A stretch of DNA of 64,000 nucleotides from assembly GCA_963851005.1 (NCBI GenBank), contig CAWKNI010000008.1:449824-513823 (forward strand), given 5' to 3'. Shown in pieces: positions 30,853 through 41,671 of the stretch (positions within the stretch are counted from its first letter, which is position 1; the number at the start of each line of letters is the position of its first letter). Position numbers and translations under genes: made by a program. The notes beneath the pieces were generated by a model, which saw nothing but the letters and a program-made list of their open reading frames with translations, ran no database searches and was not told where the DNA came from. This DNA is from an uncultured delta proteobacterium. GTDB lineage: Bacteria > Desulfobacterota > Syntrophia > Syntrophales > Smithellaceae.

Positions 30853-31968
30853 ATGAAAAAAATTGTCATGTCAACAATTATTCTAATGCTAACGGCTGTC
30901 GTCACGGTGGCACAGGCTGAAGTCAAGGCCGATTCTTTTTCATTTACGCCTTTTGTGGGAGGTTATTTTTTTGAAGGCAATGAGAATCTAAAGGATACAG
31001 CCGTTTATGGTTTGCGCGCCGGTTATAATTTCACAAAAAATATCGGGATGGAAGGGTATTATAGCTTCTTACAAACTAAAATTCAATATCAGGATCAAAC
31101 GGAACCTTGGCAAAATATTTCCAGTTACGGCATTGAAGGCCTATACCATTTTATGCCGGAGAAGCGTTTTGTTCCGTTTATAGCAATAGGCCTTGGTGGA
31201 ATTTATTATAGTAAAGCCTTTCATTATGAAATCGGTCCTCCTGGTGAACACTTTGAATCAAATAAATTTTCTGTTGATTACGGCGCCGGCCTGAAGTTTT
31301 TCCTGACGGATAATATTGACCTGCGGGCTGATGTTCGCCATATCCTTCCCCTGAATGATAGATATAACGATTTACTCGTCACTCTCGGAATTAATTTCGC
31401 CTTCGGCGGCGAAAAAAAGATTGTTGAAGCCAAGGTTGAGGAACCCCTTCCTCCTCCGCCTGTTGCTCCGCCCGTTCCTAAGGTTGAAGAACCCCCTCCT
31501 CCCCCTACTCCTGTTGCTCCGCCCGCTCCTAAGATTGAGGAACCCCCTCCTCCACCGCCTGTTGCTCCGCCCGTTCCGATGGAAGAAAAAGTTGTTGCCA
31601 AGCCCGTAATTATTGAAAAAGGCAGACAGACACTTAATGTAAAATTTAATTTTGATAATTCAACAATTGAGAAAAGTTACTACAAAGACATAAATAATCT
31701 GGTTAAAGTGATGAAAGATTATCCCGATCTTAACGTCGTAATCGAAGGACATACGGATAGTGTGGGTACCGCTGCGTACAATAAAAAACTTTCACAGAAA
31801 CGCGCTTACACTGTAAAGAAATACATGGTCGCAAAGGGTATTGATGCAAATCGTATAAAGGCACGCGGGTTCGGTGAAAAAAGACCTATAGCTAGCAACA
31901 AGACTGGCAAAGGGCGTCAGAAGAACCGTCGTGTGGAAGCAGCAGTCGATTATCTGATAAAGAAGTAA
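30853..31968 (+). CDS. OmpA/OprF-type outer membrane protein (beta-barrel, Pro-rich linker, OmpA_C)
   Basis: Signal peptide, amphipathic strands, three KVEEPPPPP repeats, GHTD...NRRVE. Confidence 0.88.
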   Translation: MKKIVMSTIILMLTAVVTVAQAEVKADSFSFTPFVGGYFFEGNENLKDTAVYGLRAGYNFTKNIGMEGYYSFLQTKIQYQDQTEPWQNISSYGIEGLYHFMPEKRFVPFIAIGLGGIYYSKAFHYEIGPPGEHFESNKFSVDYGAGLKFFLTDNIDLRADVRHILPLNDRYNDLLVTLGINFAFGGEKKIVEAKVEEPLPPPPVAPPVPKVEEPPPPPTPVAPPAPKIEEPPPPPPVAPPVPMEEKVVAKPVIIEKGRQTLNVKFNFDNSTIEKSYYKDINNLVKVMKDYPDLNVVIEGHTDSVGTAAYNKKLSQKRAYTVKKYMVAKGIDANRIKARGFGEKRPIASNKTGKGRQKNRRVEAAVDYLIKK

Positions 31969-32000
31969 TTTCCCCCACTTCAAATATTTTAACAACACAA

Positions 32001-32030
32001 AAGACCCCTGCGGCGTGTCGCGGGGGTCTT
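32001..32030. terminator. Probable terminator hairpin
   Basis: aagacccctgcg-loop-cgcgggggtctt. Confidence 0.55.
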
Positions 32031-32398
32031 CATTTAAAAAAAAATATACCCTATCAACAACGCAAACATGACTTAACCGGCCGTAATCTGTTAAGTCAAG
32101 CTCAGGTCGGAATATATAAAAAATAAAGATTTGAAGTGAAATATTTTTAACCTGAGTTTCGTTTATTTTTTATCATATCTTCCACTAAACGGATCAGGAG
32201 TCTTGCATCGGGTGATCAGGATATTTATTTCACATATGAATTAAAAGACTCTTGATTATAATGTAATTAATGCAGCGATTTAAGATTATCAGTATCGTAA
32301 GTCTTGGTATTTGACTTTTGAGCGTCTCCGGCATTTTTTATTAGCGGCGAGATTAGTTTCATAAGCATTTATGGAAGGAAGAACGACTTCCTCTTTAT

Positions 32399-32959
32399 CT
32401 AATCCATATGCTTTGATTCATGCTCATCAAACCTTCCAGGCTTACCGTAAAAAGAGATGCCAAAATGAAATAATTTTTTATCTTTAGTATCTATATCATG
32501 CCATCTTTTATTTAGCTCATCATAAGAAAGAAATGTCCTATATTGACATGCCGGATCTTCAAAATGAATATATTTGCTATCGTAACCAATGGGTACTACC
32601 CAGTGCCCATCTTCCCAATCATCTTCCCATTTTACTTTTTTATTATCGCGGTAAGCCTGAATAGCCAACATACAAGGGATATTATTATCGATACAAGCCT
32701 TAATATCGTCAATAACCATATTCTTATGCATCTTGTATTTTAGCTTGTATTTTTTAGCTACCTTAACTATTCCTTTTACTAATGTTCCCTCTTTTTTAGA
32801 TGTACCTGCTATCTTCATTATTTCATTTTCTCCAACATCATAGCCGAAGAAAGTTAAAACTGTTTCTAAGCATGAAGCTCCACAACTATATGAGTATGGT
32901 TGTCTCTTAAATGGATACATCATTTCATGGCGTAGATTTTTAATATTTTTAGTTTTCAT
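32399..32959 (-). CDS. Stand-alone C39-like cysteine peptidase
   Basis: Q...YSCGASC, GHWVV..GYD, EDP catalytic pattern. Confidence 0.75.
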   Translation of the reverse strand: MKTKNIKNLRHEMMYPFKRQPYSYSCGASCLETVLTFFGYDVGENEIMKIAGTSKKEGTLVKGIVKVAKKYKLKYKMHKNMVIDDIKACIDNNIPCMLAIQAYRDNKKVKWEDDWEDGHWVVPIGYDSKYIHFEDPACQYRTFLSYDELNKRWHDIDTKDKKLFHFGISFYGKPGRFDEHESKHMD

Positions 32960-33087
32960 AATTCTTAAATATTCATCCCTGTTACTTCATGAATTAGGTC
33001 TATCGTAGCGCCGTCAGACCGATCTTCTGATCTGATGACAATACAAATATCTTCGTAACCTTGAAGAAAGAAACTGCATAGAGACAA

Positions 33088-33795
33088 CTAATGCGGTGTT
33101 AGGGTTTGACGCGCATACAAAAGCGCGGCCTCGACCCGATTCCTGATCTCAGCCTTCTGAAAGATGTTGCGGATATGGGTCTTAACGGTCTTAGGGCTTA
33201 AGAAAAGCTTATCGGCGATCTCTTCATTGGTCATGCTATGGCTGATCAGTTCCATAATCTCCATCTCCCGCGGGGAAAGCATTTTCAGTCTTTCCGAACT
33301 TAGTGTGTTGAGAGGTTTAAAAAGATCTTTTTTCTTCATGAATTCTTTGATGAATTCATCGAAAACCGGTGTGATCAGCTTAGCTTCGAGCCAGATCTCT
33401 CCCTGAGCGACCACGCGAATGCATTTAATAAGTTGATCGTCACCCAGCGCGAATCGGAAAAACCCCCGCACACCTCCCTGCATCATTGCCATAACGTTTT
33501 CCTCGTTGAAGCGAATGCCGACGATGATGATCTTCATGGTAGGCAATTTATCCCTAATATTAAGGATGCTTTCCAAATTCAGGGCCGCCGCATCTCGTAA
33601 AATGCCCTGATCAAAGAGGAAAATATCCGGCTTCTGATTGATCATTTGCTTCATGAAGGCAAGGGTCTGTTCCACCTCACTCTCAGGATTTTCGATGAGG
33701 CTGCTGAGGAGGCTGATATCTTTCTCCCTGCGCAGGCTATTTATAAGTTGCTGCAAATACTTTTCATCACGAGTAACTATGGCCAGCTTGATCAT
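33088..33795 (-). CDS. NarL/LuxR-family response regulator (orphan)
   Basis: Receiver-like N-terminus; LSPREMEI...NEEIADKLFLSPKTVKTH HTH. Confidence 0.88.
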   Translation of the reverse strand: MIKLAIVTRDEKYLQQLINSLRREKDISLLSSLIENPESEVEQTLAFMKQMINQKPDIFLFDQGILRDAAALNLESILNIRDKLPTMKIIIVGIRFNEENVMAMMQGGVRGFFRFALGDDQLIKCIRVVAQGEIWLEAKLITPVFDEFIKEFMKKKDLFKPLNTLSSERLKMLSPREMEIMELISHSMTNEEIADKLFLSPKTVKTHIRNIFQKAEIRNRVEAALLYARQTLTPH

Positions 33796-34104
33796 CTTCT
33801 ACCTCCTATGATATTCACATTAATGGTCCGCCATCGATGAAAATCAATTAACAAAAAAATCTATCGCTTAAACGAGATCGTTTTATATACGCATAAAGTA
33901 GTATTCGCAGAATGTCAATTATTAATTGCATCATTGATTGTTTGATCATAAATTATATCCTTGACAGATATCCCCTTCTACATTTCACGGTCGTTATTTG
34001 CTTTGACATACAGGACACTTATTTATATATTAAACCATAAAAAGCGTTCCAATCACTAAAATCATTTAAACCGTTGTTAAAAATAAAACACAGGAGGGTA
34101 CTGT

Positions 34105-34374
34105 ATGAACAAGGCCAATTTGATCGAAGAAGTTGCAAAGGTTACATGTTGCAAGAAAGAAGCAGTGGCGGTAGTAGACACATTACTGGCAGCAATCAAG
34201 AAAGCACTCAAGAAAGGTGATACTGTTACACTTGTTGGATTTGGCACATTTGGTGTTAAGAAGAGAAAAGCCCGCACAGGCAGGAATCCCCAAACAGGTA
34301 AAGCCATTAAAATAGCTGCAAAGAAGGTTCCCGTATTTAAAGCTGGAAAGGGTCTGAAAGACGCAGTTAAGTAA
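34105..34374 (+). CDS. hup: HU DNA-binding protein
   Basis: GFGTF...[10 protein letters not shown]...FKAGK signature. Confidence 0.95.
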   Translation: MNKANLIEEVAKVTCCKKEAVAVVDTLLAAIKKALKKGDTVTLVGFGTFGVKKRKARTGRNPQTGKAIKIAAKKVPVFKAGKGLKDAVK

Positions 34375-34397
34375 ACCAACTATTCATTATGTTCATC

Positions 34398-34438
34398 GAG
34401 CCGTTTCATGCTTGGGTGGGACGGCTCTTTCTTTTTTT
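34398..34438 (+). terminator. Intrinsic terminator after hup
   Basis: gagccgt...acggctc followed by T tract. Confidence 0.65.
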
Positions 34439-34539
34439 CCTGTATTTATTGTTTTACATACTGTCTTTGTGTGATACATCGCAAACAGTATTCATTCGAT
34501 AAAAACCAATTAAACAGCGGAAGCATCGAGAGGCGTGTT

Positions 34540-34776
34540 ATGGGAAATAAAGAAATTATCGAAGAAATTAATAAAAAGATAGAGATGTGCAAGGAAAAAA
34601 TAAATTCAAAAAGCACAAATAAAATTATTTCAGATATAGAAAAGCTGATAGAAAAATATAAGCCAGAGAATGACATTCAAAGACGTATTATAAATAATAG
34701 AATCTCAGAAGTTAATGGTTTGAAAAATGCTGGTAAAAAAACTAAAGAGAAAAATACGGAAACTTTGAAGATGTAA
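34540..34776 (+). CDS. Small Lys/Glu-rich hypothetical protein
   Basis: GAGG RBS before ATG 34540; no motifs. Confidence 0.35.
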   Translation: MGNKEIIEEINKKIEMCKEKINSKSTNKIISDIEKLIEKYKPENDIQRRIINNRISEVNGLKNAGKKTKEKNTETLKM

Positions 34777-35004
34777 CAAACAAAAAGTTGAATATTTTTC
34801 TAAGATAACAATGCGTGTAGTACAGGAAGTAGAAAACAAAAAAAGATGGAAAATATTAATTCCGAACCGTCAGAATTGCAGATTACACCTACTTATCCAC
34901 AATGTTTGGCAATTGGAAAAATTGAGGATTACTGGTGGAAAGAGAGTAACGTATAAAAATCAACGACAATCTCCCTTACTTTTGGCAATTTGCAACGCAG
35001 TAGT

Positions 35005-35412
35005 TTAATCTGCCGCTGCTGGAGTTACATTCAGCACACCATCGTTAACAGCATATACGGCATTAGGTGTACCCAAGCCCCAGTTTGAAGCACCGGTACA
35101 TATAATAACGAAATCTACTTCATCAGACCATGAAGTAACTTCTGTGGATACACCTAAAGTTTGTGAATACCCACCAACTGCTAAAGCTGCAGTATCTACT
35201 TTTACACCGATATGATCAGCATAATATCCTAAAGCCGCAGTATAGGCATTTTTACAATCACTGTTGACGGCTGCAACATAGCTTTTTTTCCGATACTGAA
35301 CAAACTGAGGAATGGCGATTGCTACCAATAGACCGATAACCGTTATAACAATCATTATCTCAATCAATGTGAACCCTTTTTGTCCTTCTTTTTTACAGAA
35401 AATATTTAACAC
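35005..35412 (-). CDS. pilA: Type IV pilin (PilA-like)
   Basis: KG/FTLIE prepilin cleavage site, IAIPQF..YR. Confidence 0.88.
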   Translation of the reverse strand: MLNIFCKKEGQKGFTLIEIMIVITVIGLLVAIAIPQFVQYRKKSYVAAVNSDCKNAYTAALGYYADHIGVKVDTAALAVGGYSQTLGVSTEVTSWSDEVDFVIICTGASNWGLGTPNAVYAVNDGVLNVTPAAAD

Positions 35413-35548
35413 AATATAAAGCCTTTTATTAAAGTCCTTTGTTTTATTAGATTAAAGTATTATATTTTTTTGTCCGATATTTTATCCTTTTATTTCCTGA
35501 ATTTCTTTTATTTAATCTTAATTTTTTTTAAACTTATACCCTAATCCA

Positions 35549-35564
35549 AGCTATCTATATGCCA
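35549..35564 (-). promoter_or_regulatory. Sigma54 promoter of pilin gene
   Basis: Minus strand TGGCATATAGATAGCT (GG-N10-GC). Confidence 0.6.
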
Positions 35565-35851
35565 TACACGATAATTATACCCTACTAAGTATAAAAAAAT
35601 GAATTTATTTTGTTAAATCAATTATTTCTGCTTTAAGCGTTTGTTTAAAGCCAAGCACGACAAACTTTGCTTACTAAAGAATAAGTGGGCATTTTTACCA
35701 ATTTCATGTTAATCTCACATACTATTCCACAGTACGTGGGCAGTCTATAGCAGCAACAAAACCCGTGCTATCAATAATGGAATAAATTTTTTCATAATAT
35801 TCTTCTTTTTAATTTATTACTTATTTATTGCACATATATTTGTGTATTTGG

Positions 35852-36699
35852 TTACTTGACTATAACCTGGTAGTTGAGCGTGAAATTGCCTCCGTTTCCG
35901 TTCATCGTTCCGTTCAGAATAATTTGCCAGTTGGTGACCACTCCGTCATATCCGGGCGGCGCTCCACCCGCTCCCGATACCAGAGTATATGTCCAGGTGG
36001 CGCCGCCATCCTTTGAATACGTCGGTGTGCCAAGCGTGATCCCCGACGAAGGGCTGCCATCCGTGAAACTGAACGGAGAACCCGAATAGGCGGATATGGC
36101 TAACGCATTATAGTTTCCGACACTATCGGTCAGGGTAGCCGTATAAGCGGGTCCAGTACCGGTGTTTTTCAACTGAACCGTATAGGTAAGGACGTCACCG
36201 GGGTTGGCGCTCACCTTGTTGACCGACTTGAGGATAAACAGATTGGGGAAGGCGGGGAAAACGGTAAAATTACCCGGAATGCCCCAACCACTAGCAATAG
36301 GTTGATATCCTGTGATAGGATTGTATGTAGAAAAAGAATAGGCGCCATTATAGTAGAATATGTTTGTTTCTGTGTTTGTTGAAGTGTTTCCAAACAATAA
36401 CCCGCCAGAGGTGGTAAGAAGCGGACCTCCTGAACCAATAATTAGCGAGTTATCATAAACAAACTCTCCTGATGGAGAAGTTAAAGTATTGGGTGGAGTA
36501 GTGGTTCCACCCAGTATAGTACCACTAATAGCAACACCATTTTCAAAACCAGAAAAATAACCGCCAGTGACCGGCAATGTACCGTTACCAGTAGAAGCTG
36601 TGTTTATCAAGCCTGAGATGTTCACCGTTCCATCGTTACTTACATAGGTGAATGTAAAATCGGCAGAAGCCTGCCCCCAACTCATCAGAAGAAAAGCAA
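35852..36699 (-). pseudogene. Secreted Thr/Gly/Ser-rich surface protein with C-terminal DUF11 repeat; 5' end cut by IS21
   Basis: Partial signal peptide (..FLLMSWGQASA), KSVNK...PGDVLTYTV..KNTG DUF11 pattern; IS end abuts at 36700. Confidence 0.7.
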
Positions 36700-36772
36700 T
36701 GTCAATAGGCATTGAAAATAGACCCAGCATCGGCGTCCAAAACTGACCCACCCTTGAGTAAAAAATATATGT

Positions 36773-37504
36773 TTATGAAGACCTGTGTTTCATCCTCCAG
36801 CTTTCATTCCCGGTTTCTATGATTTCACAATGATGAGTAAGGCGATCCAGCATTGCGGTAGTCATTTTGGCATCACCAAACACTTGAGGCCATTCACCAA
36901 AGGTTAAGTTTGTTGTCATGACGATAGATGTTTGTTCGTAGAGCTTGGATATGAGATGGAAGAGCAGTTGGCTTCCGTTTTTTGAGAAGGGCAGATAGCC
37001 CAGTTCATCAAGCAGCACCATATCAAACCGAATCAGTCGTGCAGATATTTTTCCTGCAAATCCGGCCATTTTCTCCTGTTCCAACTCATTTGCCAAATCC
37101 ACCAGGTTATAAAATTTGCACTTTTTCCCATCCCTGACGGCCTGCGCCGCTATTGCAGTTGCCAAATGTGTCTTGCCGGTACCGGTGCCGCCTACGAAAA
37201 TCAGATTGATATGCTGTTCAATAAAATCCCCCTGATACAATGATTGAATCTGGTTTTTATCAACCGAACTCCCTTTGAAATCAAAACTGTCGATATCTTT
37301 GGGCGCAGGAAACCTGGCCTGCCCCATTCGATAGCGGATGCTTCTTATATGCCTTTCAGTGGCCTCGGCTTTAAGCATTTCTAAGATCATCTTCTCAGGA
37401 GTTGACCGGCTCTTTCGTCCATTTGACAACGCTTCATCATAAACGGACTGCATGCCCTGTAATTTCAGCTTTCCCATAAGCTCCATGATCTCATTACGCA
37501 ACAT
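36773..37504 (-). CDS. istB: IS21 IstB ATPase
   Basis: Identical protein to 8203-8934. Confidence 0.95.
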   Translation of the reverse strand: MLRNEIMELMGKLKLQGMQSVYDEALSNGRKSRSTPEKMILEMLKAEATERHIRSIRYRMGQARFPAPKDIDSFDFKGSSVDKNQIQSLYQGDFIEQHINLIFVGGTGTGKTHLATAIAAQAVRDGKKCKFYNLVDLANELEQEKMAGFAGKISARLIRFDMVLLDELGYLPFSKNGSQLLFHLISKLYEQTSIVMTTNLTFGEWPQVFGDAKMTTAMLDRLTHHCEIIETGNESWRMKHRSS

Positions 37505-39008
37505 TGCAGTCCCCCCTCATTAAAGATTCATATCGTCGGCAATCTGCTATTGGTTCCTGTTTCAGAATCAGGTGGGGAGGAATGCCTACATCCGCGGCAA
37601 AGTCCTTTTCCTGATTCCTGTTGAGAAGATTGATAACAACCTCCTTACTCACAGCTCTCATCTTCAAGGCGTCTTCGCATGCCTTGTCAACGGCATCAAG
37701 ACCGTAAAGAGGTACGGCATTAAGAATTGCCACAAATTGACGATCCCAGTCGGTAAAACGGTTTTGCAATCCGTTGAGGACGTTTCCCATGCCCGTGGGA
37801 AGATCCCAGTCTTTGAAAGGAGCTCCGTTGCGTAAAGCGCCTGGTTTCCGTTCAAGGGCAGAAACATAATGCCATGGATTAAAAACCGTCTTATTTTCTC
37901 CAAAGTGCCTCTCGTGTTCTCCTACGACGCGGCCATCACTGACGATCATTATTCGATCGGCATATACTCTTATTTGTACGATTCTGCCTGTCTGACTGCA
38001 ATCAACACTGTATCTGTTACGATCATAGGTCACAAGCGAACTGGATGTAACCCTGGCAGGACGTTCCCCATACCCATCGAAAGGGGGAGGCAGACTGATC
38101 ATGCAAGGCTTCTCTTCTTCGTACACCTCCCAAACCGTCTTGTCGGAAAATGTCGGATGCTTATGGCTCTTTGCCCAGTTGATACATTGTCCTTTTAATG
38201 TATCGTTGAGCTCCTTGAAGTCCCTGGCCTTGATCTTGGGAATGAAAAATCTCCTTCTGGCTAAGCCTACCTGGTTTTCAACCTGACCCTTTTCCCAGCC
38301 CGCACCCGGTGTGCAGCTTACAGGATCAAAAAGATAATGGGAGCTGAATTGGACGAAACGGCTGTTGAAGTTCCTTTCTTTTCCTCCGATGATCTTGTTA
38401 ACAACCGTCTTGAGGTTGTCATAGATGCCTCTCCTGCACACGCCTCCGAAGAACTCAAAAGCCTTTATATGGGCATCAAAAACCATCTCCTGGGTTTCTC
38501 TGGGGTAGGCTATGCAAAGAAAATAGCGACTGTAGCATAACCGCAGATGGGCAACCTTTACCTTTAAACTCGCCCCGCCTATCTCTACCCATTCATGGCT
38601 CCAGTCAAACTGAAATGCTTCCCCTGGTTCAAATCTCAGCGGTATATATACACCTCCCGTTGAGATCTTCCGCTCATTGCGCCATCGCTGAATATACCGC
38701 CTTACACTGTCATAGCCGCCCTCATAACCGTTCAGTTGAATATCCTCAAAAAGAATCTGTGCCGTTCTCCTTAGTTTCTTCGGCAGTTTCTCGTCCTCAT
38801 CCAGTTTACCGTCAAGCATTTCTATAAACGGTCCCAGCTTAGGAATTGGCTGTTTCTGGCGCTCGTACTGGAAAAGGGTCTCTCCACTCCTGATTGCTCT
38901 TCTGACTGTGTTCCGTGATAGATGAAGATCTTTTGACGTTTGACGAATCGATTTGCCATCTCTATGTACTGATAACCGTATCTTCCGAATAGTTTCCACC
39001 GTGAGCAT
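37494..39008 (-). CDS. istA: IS21 IstA transposase
   Basis: Identical protein to 6699-8213. Confidence 0.95.
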   Translation of the reverse strand: MLTVETIRKIRLSVHRDGKSIRQTSKDLHLSRNTVRRAIRSGETLFQYERQKQPIPKLGPFIEMLDGKLDEDEKLPKKLRRTAQILFEDIQLNGYEGGYDSVRRYIQRWRNERKISTGGVYIPLRFEPGEAFQFDWSHEWVEIGGASLKVKVAHLRLCYSRYFLCIAYPRETQEMVFDAHIKAFEFFGGVCRRGIYDNLKTVVNKIIGGKERNFNSRFVQFSSHYLFDPVSCTPGAGWEKGQVENQVGLARRRFFIPKIKARDFKELNDTLKGQCINWAKSHKHPTFSDKTVWEVYEEEKPCMISLPPPFDGYGERPARVTSSSLVTYDRNRYSVDCSQTGRIVQIRVYADRIMIVSDGRVVGEHERHFGENKTVFNPWHYVSALERKPGALRNGAPFKDWDLPTGMGNVLNGLQNRFTDWDRQFVAILNAVPLYGLDAVDKACEDALKMRAVSKEVVINLLNRNQEKDFAADVGIPPHLILKQEPIADCRRYESLMRGDCNVA

Positions 39009-39122
39009 CCCTTTCTGCCTCCTTCTCCCATATTTATGGCAGAATAGAAGGCTTGCAGGCCTGGGTCAACTTTGAATGCCGATTTTGCCTATTGGTGGGT
39101 CATTATTGCATGCCGATTCACA

Positions 39123-39381
39123 CTTGGCAAGAAGAGTATGGGTACCGGCACTGGAAGCGGCAGAACTTCAATTTAGAGAAATGAAGCAGACCCGCCACAC
39201 ATTTGCTACCATAGCCTTAAGTTTAGGAGAAAGTCCCCTATGGGTGGCCAAGGTCATGGGACACAGAGACACAAACATGATTATTAAGGTTTACGGCAAA
39301 TACGTTGAAGATGCCTCTGGTTCAAAGGACGGAACATTGATCAATGCTGCGTATCAATGTGCAATGGGTAAAAAAGAGTAA
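39123..39381 (+). pseudogene. int: Tyrosine integrase C-terminal remnant
   Basis: QTRHTFAT...MGH.....KVY catalytic box; N-terminus replaced by IS21. Confidence 0.85.
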
Positions 39382-39478
39382 GTATTGGTAACATGCTTAT
39401 TTATGGCAAAATTATGGCAAAAACCGATAAAAAAAGAGGTCACAAGCACTGTTAATACTTGTAACCCCTTGTTTTAAT

Positions 39479-39555
39479 TGGTGCGCCCAGCAGGATTCGA
39501 ACCTGCGACATCCGGATTCGTAGTCCGACGCTCTATCCAGCTGAGCCATGGGCGC
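39479..39555 (-). tRNA. tRNA-Arg (ACG)
   Basis: 77-nt cloverleaf, anticodon loop CTACGAA, CCA end. Confidence 0.97.
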
Positions 39556-39604
39556 AAAATATACTGATAACGGGTATTAAACCCTCCGCTCATTTTAAAA
39601 AAAC

Positions 39605-39699
39605 TGGCGGAGAGAGCGGGATTTGAACCCGCGGTACACCTTTAAAGGGCGTACAATCGCTTAGCAGGCGATCGCTTTCGGCCACTCAGCCATCTCTCC
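39605..39699 (-). tRNA. tRNA-Ser (GCT)
   Basis: Long variable arm, CTGCTAA loop, GCCA end. Confidence 0.95.
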
Positions 39700-39752
39700 G
39701 TTTTTTATTCAGCCGATATTAAATTTTATAATCCTTAACGGATTTCAAAATT

Positions 39753-39838
39753 TGGCGGAGGGAGCAGGATTCGAACCCGCGAACCTTTCGGTCAACGGTT
39801 TTCAAGACCGCCGCCATAGACCACTCGGCCATCCCTCC
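39753..39838 (-). tRNA. tRNA-Ser (TGA)
   Basis: CTTGAAA loop, variable arm, GCCA end. Confidence 0.95.
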
Positions 39839-39884
39839 ATAAATAACTTATTTCTTTTCGATTATCCTTCCTTATCGATCACCT

Positions 39885-41159
39885 TTAAGGAGTAATTCGT
39901 TCAAGACCTCTCATGTAGGGACGCAAGGCTTCCGGTATCAAAACACTGCCGTCAGCCTGTTGATAATTTTCCAGTATCGCAACAACCGTTCTGCCTACAG
40001 CCAGGCCGGATCCGTTTAACGTGTGAACAAAATCTACTTTACCGCTGTCAGCCCTACGAAAACGGATCGAGGCACGGCGTGCCTGAAAATCTTCAAAATT
40101 ACTGCAAGAAGAAATTTCCCGATATGTATTTTGTCCCGGCATCCAGGCTTCCACATCGTAAGTTTTGGCTGAAGAAAAACCCAAATCGGCCGTGCAAAGG
40201 CAAACAGTGCGATAAGCAATTCCCAGTTTTTCGAGAACTTCTTCCGCATTAGCGGTCAGCTTTTCCAACTCGTCATAAGAAGTTTCCGGCTGGGAAAATT
40301 TCACCATTTCCACTTTATTAAATTGATGCTGACGAATCAAACCCCTTGTATCCTTGCCGTAAGATCCGGCTTCCGACCGGAAACAGGGAGAGTAAGCAAC
40401 CAGATAAATGGGCAGTTTATCTTCTTCCAGGATTTCTTCGCGGTAAATATTGGTTACGGGAACTTCCGCTGTCGGAATCAGATAATATTCCATTCCTTCA
40501 ATTTTAAAAAGATCTTCCTTAAATTTCGGCAACTGACCTGTGCCGGTCATGCTTTCCGCATTCACCATAAAAGGTGTCAACACTTCTGTGTAACCATGCT
40601 TTTCTACATGCAAGTCAAGCATAAAATTGAATAGCGCCCGTTCCAACTGAGCGCCCGCCCCGCGATAAACCGTAAAACGCGCTCCTGTAATTTTTGCGCC
40701 ACGCGCAAAATCAAGGATGTTTAAGCTTTCACCAAGTTCAAAATGTTGTTTGGGTTCAAAGCTGAAAACAGGCTTCTCTCCCCAACTGCGTACGACCGGA
40801 TTATCTTCGGACCCATAGCCCCTCGGCACTGATTCGTGCTGAACATTAGGCACAACCATGACAAAAGCGTTAAGCTCTTCTTCAGTCACGCGCAGGCTTT
40901 CGTCATATTCTTTTATCTTTGTTGAAACGTTGCCCATCTTCTCGATAAGAGCTGAAGCGTCCGCTTTCTTTTTCTTGAGTTCGCCGATTTCTTTGGAAAC
41001 GCTGTTGCGCTCATTGCGCAATGTTTCCACTGCCTGCAAAATATCCCGCCTTTTTGCGTCTAAATCTATAAAACGGTCAAAATCAATTTTTTGACCCCGC
41101 TCGTCCATCTTCTGGCGGACAAAATCGATATTTTGCCTTAAGTATTTAATATCCAGCAT
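39885..41159 (-). CDS. serS: Serine--tRNA ligase
   Basis: [33 protein letters not shown]. Confidence 0.98.
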   Translation of the reverse strand: MLDIKYLRQNIDFVRQKMDERGQKIDFDRFIDLDAKRRDILQAVETLRNERNSVSKEIGELKKKKADASALIEKMGNVSTKIKEYDESLRVTEEELNAFVMVVPNVQHESVPRGYGSEDNPVVRSWGEKPVFSFEPKQHFELGESLNILDFARGAKITGARFTVYRGAGAQLERALFNFMLDLHVEKHGYTEVLTPFMVNAESMTGTGQLPKFKEDLFKIEGMEYYLIPTAEVPVTNIYREEILEEDKLPIYLVAYSPCFRSEAGSYGKDTRGLIRQHQFNKVEMVKFSQPETSYDELEKLTANAEEVLEKLGIAYRTVCLCTADLGFSSAKTYDVEAWMPGQNTYREISSCSNFEDFQARRASIRFRRADSGKVDFVHTLNGSGLAVGRTVVAILENYQQADGSVLIPEALRPYMRGLERITP

Positions 41160-41336
41160 ATTTCTCTCTTGTAAAACCTACCTAAAAAAACAATTATAAG
41201 ACGGAGTTTCCTATCATCTTGAACGGGTGAAGTCAATGATTTTATCCAGTGAGCCATTATTATTAGCGGTTAAAACTTCCTAAATAAGCTATGAATTTTC
41301 GGCCTTTTCAAAAGAAATGTAGCGTGAATTGTAAAT

Positions 41337-41639
41337 CTAAATGGTTTTGCAGATATTATTTATCTTGGTTTCCAGTTCCGCCTTGCTTATATCTTTAATC
41401 ATAACTATTTTTTTACGTGATTTTGCTCCGGAGAATATTTCCATCTGGCTTTTCTTCAGTCCCAGTTCCTTGGCTAACAACTTAATACAAGCCTCATTAG
41501 CCGCTCCTTCCGCAGGTGGTGCGGTAACCTTGATTTTTAAAACACCATCCAGCACGCCCACTAATTGCATGCGGGAAGCGTGTGGAATTACCTGAATATC
41601 AAAAGTCAGGCCTTTTTTCGACTCTCTCAAAAAAACCAT
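41337..41639 (-). CDS. yggU: DUF167 (YggU) family protein
   Basis: KVTAPP.EG.AN...G.KSR.K; next to yggT. Confidence 0.85.
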   Translation of the reverse strand: MVFLRESKKGLTFDIQVIPHASRMQLVGVLDGVLKIKVTAPPAEGAANEACIKLLAKELGLKKSQMEIFSGAKSRKKIVMIKDISKAELETKINNICKTI

Positions 41640-41671
41640 ATTAGTCAAAGAAATCTTTCTTTCTCAAAAAA

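Larger units (their letters stand above)
36700..39122 (-). mobile_element. IS21-family insertion sequence, copy 2 (2423 bp, inverted)
   Basis: Reverse complement of 6585-9007; identical proteins; one substitution noticed near IRR. Confidence 0.95.
1826..39524. mobile_element. tRNA-Arg(ACG)-integrated genomic island (~37.6 kb), integrase decayed
   Basis: att direct repeats, integrase remnant next to the tRNA, dense IS/intron/accessory cargo. Confidence 0.85.

Noticed and set aside
31432-31578. Tandem DNA repeats in the ompA linker
   Set aside because: Explained by the Pro-rich KVEEPPPPP linker of OmpA-family proteins
39076-39122. N-terminus of the 101-aa ORF 39076-39381
   Set aside because: The first 16 codons come from the IS21 left end; only the remainder is integrase
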